From: Lingula anatina
Taxonomy: Eukaryota > Animalia > Brachiopoda
Assembly (NCBI GenBank): GCA_051362555.1
Contig: CM120641.1
Location: 34,602,401-34,666,400 of the forward strand
Direction of reading: 5' to 3'
Length of the DNA: 64,000 bases
Positions 13,079-36,555 of this stretch are shown here, one piece after another (the stretch's first letter is position 1; every line of letters starts with the position of its first letter). Both the position numbers and the translations under genes were made by a program. The notes beneath the pieces are model-generated. The model saw only the letters and a program-made list of their open reading frames with translations, was not told where the DNA came from and did not search any database.

Positions 13079-15877
13079 ACAGACTAGTTTATAATGCTTC
13101 AAAGTCAAATCCAGCTGCTTTATATGGATTTTAAGAAAAGAAACAGCTTAATTACAAGTCATGAAATACATACAAATTTATTAGCTGACAGAGTAATCAG
13201 TCAGTTCTTGTAATAGTGTCTAAAAGCTCATTTATGCATTAAGAGATAATAACCATTACTATAAGTTGCTTGTATCAAATAACATTATAATGACTATGAT
13301 AACTGCATGAATATGAAGCACTGGGAGTAAATCAAAGAGATGTTTTGAATGATATTAGGTTTTGGTTACTGGCAGATCTAGAATGAACAGCACTGACATG
13401 TTATATATGTGATATGTAAATATATCAAAATGACAGATTTTGGAAAGGGCGAATGAATTTTTCTGATGTCATCAAGATAGTTGTCAAGAATATAATTACT
13501 CAGAAACCACCATTCCATTGACCTTGTAACTTGGAAATACCATACATACATTTGAGTCAACTTCTCTCTTTTCTTATGAATTTGAGGCCTTTTTTTTTAC
13601 GTAAGCCAGGCAAATGGCTTATTTCCAATTCACATTTTTGCTTTGCTTAAAAGTGTAAATTAGTATGGAAATCATTAAGTGTACTTGGAAGTATAATTAT
13701 GTTATAAATGTATCACATCTGCAAGCTTTAAAACATGACAGATTATTCTATAAACTATAAGTTTTTCATTTTATTTGAATTAAACATGTTGTATTTAGCA
13801 TGAAAGATATATATATTATGGCTTATTATCCATAAAAGGGTAAATGATTCCTTTCTGAAATTGTAGCCTATTATGTTACAGCATGTATTTAGAACATAGA
13901 TAAGAAGGCAAACATTTAAAGGGTCTTTTCTTCTTAGTAAATTGACCAGTCTGCTGTTACAATAGCATATAGAGCCAGTTGGGTATCGCTGTTGATCATT
14001 GTAAAGCCACATGTTATTGGCTGGCTAGGATCCACACATCAGATGTCTGATCAATACATTTCCTGCAATAGCCGGCATATCTGGGAGTCTTTTTGCTAAG
14101 ACCGAAAGACTAGTTCATTGATTCAACAACTCAAAATCTAATCAGGGGTTATCTGTTCAAGCTGATATTGATAAGGAGTCCGAGTAGCAGCGTGCATATT
14201 TTTCAAAACTGTCGGAATATAGTCAAATCTGCACTGTGATGCAATACTGACAGTGATGAAAAAAAAGGTAGGCATGTTATTAAGCACTGACATTTTACTG
14301 GCAGATAATTGGTGTAAGAATACTTAGGATCATATGGTAATGCACATCCAGCACATGCATGTCTAGGGGTTCAGTTATTTTAAAACTGTACATATATGCA
14401 TATACACGTGTATATATATAGTCGGTCCTATTAAATTATAGTGCTATACATGCATGGCTAACACAGAACAGAAATAAAAGGAATGGTTGGAGAACAGCAC
14501 CCTGGGGTGTGGCCACTTTGATGATTATTGAACATCACAGCATCTATAGATGTATGTTTTAGTATATCAGGAAGCCCAGTAAACAGAGTGAGGTGATTAT
14601 GAAGGAAATTATGAATGGGTATTACTTTCTATCAGTACAGGTCTGATATATTGATGAAATCATTATCATAATGCAATTAAAATGTACTGTGAGAAACAGT
14701 GTCATATATTTATTTTAATCCCCTCCCAAGTACATTTAACTACTACAGCATAATGGAAGCATGTATTAGTTGTTATGCAAAATCAGTGGTAATATGATTA
14801 TTTTTGACGTATCTGCACATGTGAGTGAATCAGAAGCATCTCTATACTAAAGGACATGTTGTTATATCAATATAATTCATTAAGGTCAGCATAAAAATAC
14901 CATATTACATACAACTGAAAAAATATGGTTGTTTTTGCCCATACAGTCATGTAATTTACATGGCCATTAGACTTGCTACTCCTACAAAATGTCAGGTATC
15001 AATATGGAAAAAAATACATCACCTCTGTTTGCATAATGTTGTGTGACTCAGATTAGACCAACATCTCTTTCTGTAATTGACAGGAAATTCTAGTATTTTA
15101 TGGCTGCACTTATTCTCAGTCAGAGTCATTGATTGGTGCTATTCATGTGGCAGTATTGGTGTTTTTTGAGATCCATTGACAGATCAAAATTACAGCTTAA
15201 TGTGCCCTTGGCCGGTATTAAGTTTTGTTTTTTTGTTTTTTTTATTAATAACCATGTCCTCAGAATAAATGAACATTTTTAAATGTAAAAATATAAATTT
15301 GTTTATGAGCCACTTGCCTAACATTAACCTTGATATATTGTATATTTAAGAAAATCAAAAGTCAAGGATCACAGGTCATCTTAAATGGAAACCCCCATGT
15401 GATGGGTTGTCTATCATTGAAAAGAAATGCCAACAGCTTGTATCATATGAATGGAAATTCAATTTATTTTCAGTTATGCATCTTTTAACTTTTTTTCATG
15501 TATTCAAAGCTCTGCCCTTTTATTTTCAAAGTTTATGGTCTATACCAGCTGGAAGAAAAAATTTTAGTTATTGCTGCATAAATGTTACCTTCAGATAGAT
15601 AAACAAACTGACAGGCGTGGCAATAATTTTGGCATGCAATTAAGGTGGACTTAATTAGTCGTAGTTAAAGGTCATTTTATTATAATTATCAGCTATAAGA
15701 GATTTCTACTTGTAGCACTGAGTATTTTAATCAAACATGAGATGGAAATGTTATGAATATGTAATTCATTGATTTAATTGTGATATGATCTGTCACATTG
15801 AACTGGATCTTGATCTGATGGTCTAATACTACATATTTGATTCAGTATTCCTCTCTCTATTGTAGATATCTTACGCC

Positions 15878-15935
15878 ATGTCTGACAAGGAGCTGCAAAT
15901 GCAGTGAACAATGGCGTAGTAGTATGCCATCCTAG
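15878..15935 (+). promoter_or_regulatory. three upstream ORFs in the TTBK 5' UTR exon
   Basis: After the acceptor ttgtag|15866: gccATG MSDKELQMQ* (15878-15907), acaATGg MA* (15911-15919), MPS* (15924-15935). Main ATG at 15984. Confidence 0.6.
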
Positions 15936-15983
15936 GGCTTGGCTGACCAGGGCTAGCAGCCAGGCTATAGATCACTGGACAGA

Positions 15984-27128
<11,145 letters not shown>

Positions 27129-30000
27129 TATTGTTTGCAGCTCTGTGTGCATTCTCTTACACTCTTTGGTTGCATTTCATGGATGTAGTTTTGTTGTCGC
27201 CAAGGTGCAGGAGGGTTGTCAAGTGGTGCCCCCTGGTGAAAAGGCAAGGCAAGGTGTGTTTTAGCTTTTTACCTTTGGTTCCTGTGGAACTGGTTATATG
27301 CAATTTTTTTTTTTTTTTTTGAAAAGGCAGAAGCTCAGCATTTGACAGAAATGCATGGTAAGGGGAATGGTTGGAGTGTGTGAATGTGGTTATTCAATTT
27401 TGAAGTGCTACGGATTAAATGATAAGTGAAATGTGGCATTAGTTAGGTACTGGTTCTGCTTCATGTCAGCAATCGGAAGTATTGTTCCATTCATATTGAT
27501 AAGTTTTTTGTTTTTTTTTTAAATTGAAAGAGACTCACTGTTGTACTTTAATAGGCATTTAAGTGTTTCTCATTAGCTCTTACAAGAATGTATAAAAGAA
27601 GTTAACATATTGAAACAAATTGAAATTGATCATTTGGTGTCTCTTCCCATCCAATCGTTCATTCTCTGTAAGCTGTATTTTACACCATATTTCACTATTT
27701 CAGGAATGGGTCACCATATCATTATCATATCATGGCAGGGAAGTGGCAGCACAGTGTGGCACCAAGGACTCTGAAGCGGTGTTAACTGCAGTCACCCCTC
27801 TCAAATTCATATCAGTGTACACTGTGACTGAAGACCCCCCTCTCCTCTCTCCCAGGCCTTACTCATGTCTGGCTCCCTGTCAGCATTAACTGTTGGCAAC
27901 CCCTTCTCTCCATGCTTTACTATCTTTAATGAGATATTAGAGCTATGCCACCCCTACACAGTGTAAAAGCTGATTCAGCATGTCAACTGTTATCAACATA
28001 TCCATGAGGTATCCTGTAGAACAAGACTGTCTGCTGTATCAAATAGTGCCAGTGTCCATGATGAAGAAAACCGGGTATTGAACGAAGTTAACAAGGACAG
28101 CAGTGGTTGAGAAAGCTCATGGACATTTAACTACAATGTTACTCATTGTTATTGAGTTATTTCTTGACTGGAAATCGAAGTGCTTTATTACAGATAGCAC
28201 ACTCTTAGTGAACTGTAGTTAAGGTTCTAATATATGAAAGTTGTTTAATAAAACTATACCAGGCTGTTTTATTAAATGATTCAGATATTGTGAGATCTGT
28301 GATAAGAAGTGAATACACATATAAACCATATCCAGATTGCTATCCATATCAGTTGTTATCAGTGAAATTCCCATGGTTTGTCAAGTAGCCTGTGTTGAAA
28401 CAAACTTAAATTGCTGTGGAACAAAATGAATATGAACAGAATATATTTTTATTTATTTATTTATTATTATAATTTTGACAAATGAGCAAAGAAACTGTTT
28501 CAAAGAGATGAGTTTTTAATTTAGTCCGATAAGTAAAAACGAACAAAATTGATTTTGCTTCATTTTATAGACGATGTTCTGGTCATATTTTATAAGGAGC
28601 AATTCTTTTGTCGTATAAAAAAAGAATCTTTTTTGTATAAAAAAAGCTGTGTTTATTTTAAGATAAAGACTATAAATGAATCATGTTGATACAGAATTGT
28701 GAGACGGTGCTAGAGTATGTGAATGTTGCCGTTACAGTATGGCTGTTCGTTTTGTCTCCACTTCGTTAATTGAAGGTGCAATCCAGTATTCGAACTTTAC
28801 TTAATGAAGCTCAAGCTTTTGTTGGTTTCTGAGCAAGTCCATTTTTTACCTGTGGTCACACACTATTGAAACGACCTCTATGTATTACTAATGATATTTA
28901 TTACATTCAAGTCAGTTCTGTGTATCAGTTAGGTGTCAGCATTTACAAAGACTGCTAATAATACTCAAACATGTGTGCCATATGTAGAATTAAAATAACT
29001 TTTGTATTTTTTTCTGTTTAAGTTCCCAACAAAAAATTATGCATGTCTCTAAGAAATTTTCTATTTTGTTTTATGTACCAACATTATAAGTCACTCCTGG
29101 TTGTGATTTTGAAAGGAAAGGTTAGAAGTTTGTCTCAAGCCCATGTTCTTTTTGACCACATCCAATGAAAATCTTGCCTTTCGACTGGAGGTAATAATGA
29201 TTGTATCATTTTAGGTAATTTGCCGAAGTAGGAATGGGCATTGAAACTTTGTTCCAACTGCCTTAACCTGTATTAAAACTGATTTTTTTATTTTTTGTTC
29301 AAGAAGTAATTGTCATAATGCGTCAAAAAGAGTGATAGAAAAAAGACTGAAGTGCTTTCATCTTTTTTCTCGTCCGTCCGTAAATTTGCAAGTGTTATGT
29401 ACATGTAGCATAGGTTCTTGGTTCTCTGAGCTAAGATAAATCTCCTGTAACTAGTCGAAGCTCAACTTATGCAAATCTGCATTCTCATTTCTATCTTTTT
29501 CTTAACAATTTTGTGAACGTTTTTTTTTCAAAGTGAATGAATCGGTGCGCTTCCAAGCTTAATTCGTTTTTGAAAGAACTTACATTGTTTCTCGTACAGT
29601 ATGTATTCAAATATATATGTATATGTCAGATATTGTTACTAATACGAAATAATACGTTGAATTTGTAAACAAAAATGTTTTTGTTGCACTTTATATCAGT
29701 TCCAGAAGCTTTTTATTGAGAGGGGGTCGGAGTCGGCGTGGATTGTCCGCGCTTTGTGTTAGTCGCTTTCATGTTATATTACTACAAATAACCTTCGCTT
29801 TGATTTGTTGTCAAAGCGGACCTTGTACGTCGAGCCAATCTGATAAGTGCAACTTTCTCATCAATGTGCGAGTATCGAAAATTTATTCATTGATGCTTGT
29901 GTTCACGGCAACTTAAACCTGTGAAGTTTTTCGGTTATTTATTTGACAACCCTCATGCAGAATGATTGACTTGAAAGAAGTACATTTTAACTCTGGGATT

Positions 30001-30157
30001 TGAGTCATCCTGCGTTGACCAAGCCCTCCCCCCACCCCCACCTCCCCCTTTTGTGTCCCCCTGAGTGCGATAAAGGGCTGCGAGGTTATATTTAACGCTA
30101 GTGACTGATAGCACTCGCTCACAACGTCACGTTCGCTGGGAGGCACTGCTCTGTCAG
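30001..30157 (+). promoter_or_regulatory. putative promoter and non-coding first exon of innexin A
   Basis: AP-1 TGAGTCA at 30001-30007, C-rich box, GATAAA, TATA-like tatatttaa near 30087, donor CAG|gtagag at 30157/30158, matching acceptor ttttccag ending 30759. Confidence 0.55.
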
Positions 30158-30760
30158 GTAGAGTGTGTTTTTTTTCTTTGACATTATTCATCTAAATTTT
30201 CTTTTGTAAAGAACTGCATTTTGCGCGTCTGATTGAAAATCTTATAATAATTCATGTACGGTAGACTAAAAAAAAAAAAACCTCAGAGGCCAAGAGAGAA
30301 ATTTTGAATGTAAGCTGTATGTTAGTAATTTCTGTTCATGTCTTCTGATTGATTGCGTGTAATTTATGAATTTTTAAGGAATTTCTTTCCATTAACCCGT
30401 CCTTTTACTTGATATATATGAATAACGTGACATTGTAATTTTTGTCGAGTAAAGGTTCGCTGAAGTTTAGACATTTGAAACCATTGTTAAAACTCGGGGT
30501 TTTTTTTTTTTTCATTTAAGAAAAAATTATCGGCTAGTAGCTAATAGACAATATCCACAGTAGAAAAGAAGACATCTGCAATGAGCTTCACCATATTTCG
30601 CTTTTAATGCATACATGTATATTGTGTCTATTTATCAACAACACAAGAAGTCCAATATAATTCTTTCAATGGTAACTAGTCTTTTTTCAACTTATAACAC
30701 TTCTTTTTCATAAATGGTTATATCTTACATTTTAAACATGAAATTCCGTAATTTTCCAGC

Positions 30761-31972
30761 ATGGCTCCGTTCATTGATATATTGTCCGGAGTGTGGAAGG
30801 GCGTGCGCTGTGACGACGACTTCTATGATCGTCTGAGCCACCGTTACACGGCTCTCATCATGGTTGTCTTTGTCGTGCTGATCAGTTCGAAGCAGTATGT
30901 TGGGGATCCTATCATTTGCTGGACTCCAGCCGAGTTCACTGGAGTCTACAGCTCGTACGCAAACCAAGTTTGCTGGATTTCAAACACGTATTATTTGCCT
31001 TTTGAGGAGCGCATTCCGGGAGCCAATCTGCCGCGTGCCCATATACCGTATTACCAATGGGTTCCAATCGTCATGCTTCTACAAGCTTTGTTGTTCTATC
31101 TGCCAACAATCGCATGGAGGCTGTCCAGTTGCAGTACGGGCATCGATGTGAACACCATGGTCAACTGTGTGACAAATCTTGCCCTCCTGGACCCAGACAA
31201 ACGCAGAGACACCATCAAGTACCTCGTGCGCCACATGGACGGCTACTTCGGTTGCCGAAAAACTTACGACAAAGAATGCTGTGGCGGAGGTTTGCGCGGT
31301 TGCATTACCAAAGTGCTCATTTGTTGCAAAGTGGGTAAACGCTACGGCAATCATCTGACCTTCCTGTACTTAAGCGTGAAGGTTTTGTTCTTGGCAAACG
31401 CCATCGGGCAATTGTTTCTGCTGAACGCTTTTCTAGGAACTGCCTATCACCTGTATGGGTTTGACGTTCTAAATGACCTCGTCCTGAATCGCGATTGGTG
31501 GTTCTCAGGTCGTTTTCCTAGAGTCACACTTTGTGATTTCAAGGTACGTCAACTTGGCGGCAACATTCATCGCCATACCGTACAGTGCGTTTTGCCAATA
31601 AATCTGTTCAACGAAAAGATCTACATGTTCATCTGGTTTTGGCTTGTTTTTGTTTCCGCTGCTACCGTGTATGGATTTGTTCCCTGGATCAATTTATTCT
31701 TTAAGGGAGAACGCAGACACTTTGTGCGCAAAAACCTCCGGCTCATGGGCCGTCTTGGTCACGGAGAGAACGGTGGTGTGATGTGTAAAAACTTTATTCA
31801 CCAGTATCTTCGGCAAGACGGGACATTCGTACTAAAGCTACTCGGAAGGAACTCGAATGACATGATCGTTGCTGAATTCACTGCTGAACTCTACGATTAC
31901 TTCCGCAAAACGTACACCAAACAAGATTTTGAAGACGCTGAAGAAGAACCGCTGCAAATGGAAACTGTGTAA
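30761..31972 (+). CDS. innexin (gap junction/pannexin family), 403 aa, single coding exon
   Basis: DDDFYDRLSHRYT, QYVGDPIICWTP, VCWISNTY, YYQWVP, FPRVTLCDF, VQCVLPINLFNEKIYMFIWFW; four hydrophobic TM segments. Confidence 0.97.
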   Translation: MAPFIDILSGVWKGVRCDDDFYDRLSHRYTALIMVVFVVLISSKQYVGDPIICWTPAEFTGVYSSYANQVCWISNTYYLPFEERIPGANLPRAHIPYYQWVPIVMLLQALLFYLPTIAWRLSSCSTGIDVNTMVNCVTNLALLDPDKRRDTIKYLVRHMDGYFGCRKTYDKECCGGGLRGCITKVLICCKVGKRYGNHLTFLYLSVKVLFLANAIGQLFLLNAFLGTAYHLYGFDVLNDLVLNRDWWFSGRFPRVTLCDFKVRQLGGNIHRHTVQCVLPINLFNEKIYMFIWFWLVFVSAATVYGFVPWINLFFKGERRHFVRKNLRLMGRLGHGENGGVMCKNFIHQYLRQDGTFVLKLLGRNSNDMIVAEFTAELYDYFRKTYTKQDFEDAEEEPLQMETV

Positions 31973-32711
31973 TTTGTTTTTGTTGTTTTTGTTGACAGTA
32001 TTGAGACAAACAAAAGCAATTGCTGCATAGTACGTGCAACAAAATCTGGAATATATAAAGCATGAAATGTTGTCTAATATTAGTAAATTATGCCGTTTGA
32101 ATTCCTTTGTCGGTTTGACTGCAAACTTTTTAGTTTTATTTCCACTTTTTAATAACAGAAATAAAAGGGAAGGAATAATATACTCCACATGCTAATGTAT
32201 TCTGCAAAAAACTGTAACACTCTAACGTAAATTTCTGGATTCCTGTTATATATGATGGACTGCCAAATAAACATCATAAACGTAATGTCACGTTAGTATT
32301 GGAGGTACATTAATATAGCTCTTCATTAGACCTATGTCATATTTTGGACCCACTGGTCCAGCTCATTTGAATAGAATAAGATAGGGGTCGAGGATAATCG
32401 TTTCACATCTCATAAATTTAGTATTGTTATCATAGCCTTGTCTATTTGTCTTCTAAATTGCTTTTCATAAATTGTCAATATTTTGATAAGTCGCTTCAGT
32501 TCATTTCACTGTTATTGGGCGTTAGGATATGTTTGAGATGGAGATTACAAACTTTAATATTAATAGTAAAGCCTGTGAGAATTCAGTTTCAAACGAACAT
32601 CCTATACTTGATAATCTGCATGGTTTATCTTGTGCTGATTGTTACCTCATTTGGCATTGCAATGGAGGTCAAATCCCATCTGATATGAAATTTTGATTCA
32701 CAGCTATTGAG

Positions 32712-32712
32712 C

Positions 32713-32758
<46 letters not shown>

Positions 32759-32763
32759 GCACG

Positions 32764-32807
<44 letters not shown>
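32712..32807. repeat. compound (CT)n(CA)n microsatellite with CACG interruptions
   Basis: Direct reading. Confidence 0.97.
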
Positions 32808-32809
<2 letters not shown>

Positions 32810-33138
32810 GACCCCAGAACGCACTCACACGCACATGTATATGAATGCTAAGATACTTCAAGGTATATTACCACCTCATGGGATAAATCCCGCACGTGAT
32901 TTTACTGACAAATCGAATCGACTTCATATGAGAAAATGCGACTTCATCTCTGAATAATGTTTTGCTTTAAATAGTACGCATATATACAGAAGAGAAATGA
33001 GTACGGGGGCAGGCATGAAAGTGATAAGACCAAATGTAGTGAAGTTGTTGCTTAGATATTCTACACGAGTGATAAGACTTGCGCTTAACCAATTTTACAG
33101 AGCATCTAAAAATGTGCCTGCCACTGAAGGAAACCCTA

Positions 33139-33263
33139 CCCTCTACCAGGGCCACAGTTATTATTGTGGACATTTTTGACTGAGAGCCAAAATGACTGTC
33201 TATTTATCTATAGACATATCTGTGAATATCTGTGGAAAATCAATCTGTCGCCCTGGTAGAGGG
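33139..33263. mobile_element. 125-bp MITE with TA flanks (Tc1/mariner-like by TSD)
   Basis: ta|ccctctaccagggccacag ... ctgtcgccctggtagaggg|ta; 19-bp TIR with 1 mismatch. Confidence 0.8.
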
Positions 33264-33364
33264 TAAGAAAACCCTAAGTCAATAAAAAAAAAACTGCGTT
33301 TGTGATCAAAAGATCTATCTCAAGATTTCAATATTCTGTTAAAAAGCTTTTCTGATTTTTAATC

Positions 33365-33409
<45 letters not shown>

Positions 33410-35331
33410 CGTTGTTGTTGTTGTTATTTTTCAGTTATAGGCCTACCGAGTAAAACTTCTTCTCGTGCGAAATATTTGCATTTTCAAGGATAATAAAAAG
33501 ACGAGTAATGCATGTGACTTCGTATTTCACATGCCCAGAGTATTTATTTCTTTCAGGCATAGTTTTTAAAATCAAACATTTATACATTATTTGCAGGCTT
33601 GGTGGAGAATGTCCACCACCTTGTTTTTGTTGTAAAAATGAGGAAAATTAGTGCAGGTAAAAGTTAAAGCCTCTCAATCTAGATCACACACAACAATATG
33701 ATGCGTTCATCATAATTTTTTCCAAATTGTAATTGTTGATCTCAAGCATTTGCCTATAGAGTTACTATCTTAAATTGCAATGCTACCGTTTTTTCCCATG
33801 ATTTCAATAGAAACAAACTTTTAAGTGAACAAATTTCCAAAATTTATTTAACGAGAAGGTCAGTCAAGAATTCTACATTGAAATTGAACAAGTACATAAA
33901 TAGTGTCCACGCCCGGGCGTTCAACGTGTTGACTCTGCCGACGCCATATATTTCATACCGCAAAAAAAAAAAAGGATATCGGAGACCCTCTGACGGTTGA
34001 TGGAGGTTATTGTGGTGGAACAGCCCAGTGCCGCGTCGCGTGACGAGGTAGGATTAAGTACACGTTAAGTAGACCATAACTCATGAACCTGTTTAAAACT
34101 TCTTAAATCACTGAGAAGAAAAGACGCGAGCCATTGCACGGGGTCGTCTTCAGAAAACCAACACAGATTTTTGCTACATCAGATGTCCGTTTTCATCACC
34201 TTTTTACTGTCAGGGAACAATAGACTGACCCTGTAGCATTCGTCGCTAGATGGTATCTACATAAAGAGAACAGCACCCGAGAAAGGAATGTCGGTTTAGG
34301 TTAGCGCTGAATAATACCTGAATTTATGGGTAAGTGTAGGCTAATTGCATATGTGCAAATTCACATGTTGGTGTGTTAAAGCAGTTTTACTGTTTGTCAT
34401 ATAAATGATAATGTAATGTTGGGTGTCGCCGATGTATAGCGTAAAAAGACTGTCGAATTTAACAGCATATACGATGCTGGTCAACCGATGCTGCTAATAC
34501 AGCTAAACAAAATTCCTACGTAGCCTCTATTGTTTGATTAGATATTTCTGGGGTTTAGCTGGTTTAGGGTTTAAGGGTTAAGTGTGTGCATTTGGATAAT
34601 ATTGGATTATAAATCAAACAAATCAAGACTGTACACAATAGGATACTTGGTCCATTCACAATATACTATACCAACTATGCCACATACTACATATGCATGT
34701 ATACAAGTAGGCGGACAGCAATCCATGTATTATGTCACATTTGACTTGGGTCATAAAATACGGGTCACCCACTGGCTCTCCGTGGTATTCAACTAGATTC
34801 CGTAAGATAATCCGATGGGGTTGAAAGCTCGCATGAGAGTATCTATTTACTATCTGCATAGGCCCCATGATATATACATTTCAAATAGGGACACGGTGCC
34901 ACGGTCTCAGAATATCGTCATGCTCAGGCCTTCTTAGGTATAATTGTATGTTGATATCATCTACCAGTGTAGCTTACTGTCAGTCTTTTTTTTTATCTAA
35001 GTGTAAGATTTGTTGATACTTGATCAATGTAATGAACAGTCCATGGGAGCAAAATTAACCTCTGAATAACTGCAGTCCTTTTTGTCACGACCTTTCTTTT
35101 TTCTTATATAAAATACTGCTAGTGTCTACATCTTAATCGAACTTTGTAGAGCAAAGAGTGCAGCAGACCGCAATGTTGGAAAATAACTTTTCTTCTTTCA
35201 GAGCAATGATTATTTTCAAAGACACTTATCACACTTATCTATGCCCTTTTCACATCAACGTCCTTTTAATATGATGAAATATGATCCGTATTTACAAAAC
35301 TATAACCCATACTAATTCATATATTTGCAGG

Positions 35332-36555
35332 ATGGATTTCTTTGCACTGTTTGGCGGGCAGCATGGATCGAGCCTGTGGAAGAAGCTGCGATTTGATGAT
35401 GATTTTTGCGACTACCTAAACAGTCGCTACACGGCGCTTATTCTTCTCACCATGGCCGTTTTGGTCAGTGCCAGGCAGTACGTTGGCGACCCCATCAACT
35501 GCTGGACACCGAACGAATTTAACGACCAGTGGATAAAATACACGGACGATTACTGCTGGCTTCAAAATTCGTATTTCCTACCGTTCAATGAAAATATCCC
35601 AGAAGTCGATGCCCCGCGCCCTCTCATAGCCTACTACCAGTGGGTCCCTTTTATTCTGTTGCTGCAGGCATTTCTTTTTTATTTACCTACGGTTGTGTGG
35701 CGACTTCTTAGCGACACCGCTGGTGTTAACATCCACTCCATGACAAAAATGATCAATTCCAAAGATTACCTGAATCCAGAGAAACGGAGCACAACAGTGA
35801 AATTTCTCGTAAGAAACATGGATAAATATTTCACAATAAAAAACCATTTCAATGGGAAACATGGCAAAAAGGGAACAAGTACGTGTTGCTTCATTGGAAA
35901 ACGTCATGGAAATTTTCTTGCAGTTCTTAATCTTGTGTGCAAGGTGCTGTACGTCACAAATGCTGTGGGTCAAATCTTTTTACTCAATGCCTTTTTAGGC
36001 ACAGCGTTTCACGTGTATGGTTTTGACGTGATTGACGATTTTATTCATAACAGGGATTGGACAGTCAATGGGCGGTTTCCTAGAGTGACGCTGTGCGACT
36101 TCAAAGTTCGTCGTCTAGGCCACAACGTCCAGCGTTATACCGTGCAATGCGTCTTACCCGTTAATATGTTTAACGAAAAAATCTTCATGTTTCTCTGGTT
36201 TTGGTTTGTCATCGTCTCAGCTGTAACCACCCTCGGGTTTTTCGCCTGGCTTTCAGATCTTTTACCGAGTAGACGCAGGCATTTCATTCGAAAACATTTA
36301 AAGGTGACAGGTAGTTTATCTCCCGCCGACGCCGATTTGTGTAACGAATTTGTCCACGATTACTTATATTTGGACGGAGTATTTACCTTGAGGCTAATCG
36401 GTAGAAATTCGAACACGATTATTCTGGCTGAATTCATATCTCAGCTCTGGTATTATTATCGAAAAAAATATAAGGGGATGCCACTCATTCCGATGGACAG
36501 TGATGAAGAATCGGAAGAGACAGAAAATGACAAAAAAGAATCTTTAGCAGTATGA
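35332..36555 (+). CDS. innexin paralog, 407 aa, single coding exon
   Basis: DDDFCDYLNSRYT, QYVGDPINCWTP, YYQWVP, FPRVTLCDF, VQCVLPVNMFNEKIFMFLWFW. Start placed at the ATG just after acceptor atttgcag (35330), not at the ORF-track start 35281. A likely upstream non-coding exon ends at G|gtaagt 34329/34330. Confidence 0.96.
   Translation: MDFFALFGGQHGSSLWKKLRFDDDFCDYLNSRYTALILLTMAVLVSARQYVGDPINCWTPNEFNDQWIKYTDDYCWLQNSYFLPFNENIPEVDAPRPLIAYYQWVPFILLLQAFLFYLPTVVWRLLSDTAGVNIHSMTKMINSKDYLNPEKRSTTVKFLVRNMDKYFTIKNHFNGKHGKKGTSTCCFIGKRHGNFLAVLNLVCKVLYVTNAVGQIFLLNAFLGTAFHVYGFDVIDDFIHNRDWTVNGRFPRVTLCDFKVRRLGHNVQRYTVQCVLPVNMFNEKIFMFLWFWFVIVSAVTTLGFFAWLSDLLPSRRRHFIRKHLKVTGSLSPADADLCNEFVHDYLYLDGVFTLRLIGRNSNTIILAEFISQLWYYYRKKYKGMPLIPMDSDEESEETENDKKESLAV

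Noticed and set aside
34550-34585. telomere-like ttaggg repeats
   Set aside because: Only two or three degenerate units; not an array.
35281-35331. 17-aa N-terminal extension of innexin B in the ORF track
   Set aside because: It lies upstream of a clear splice acceptor, and the paralog starts at the equivalent downstream ATG.
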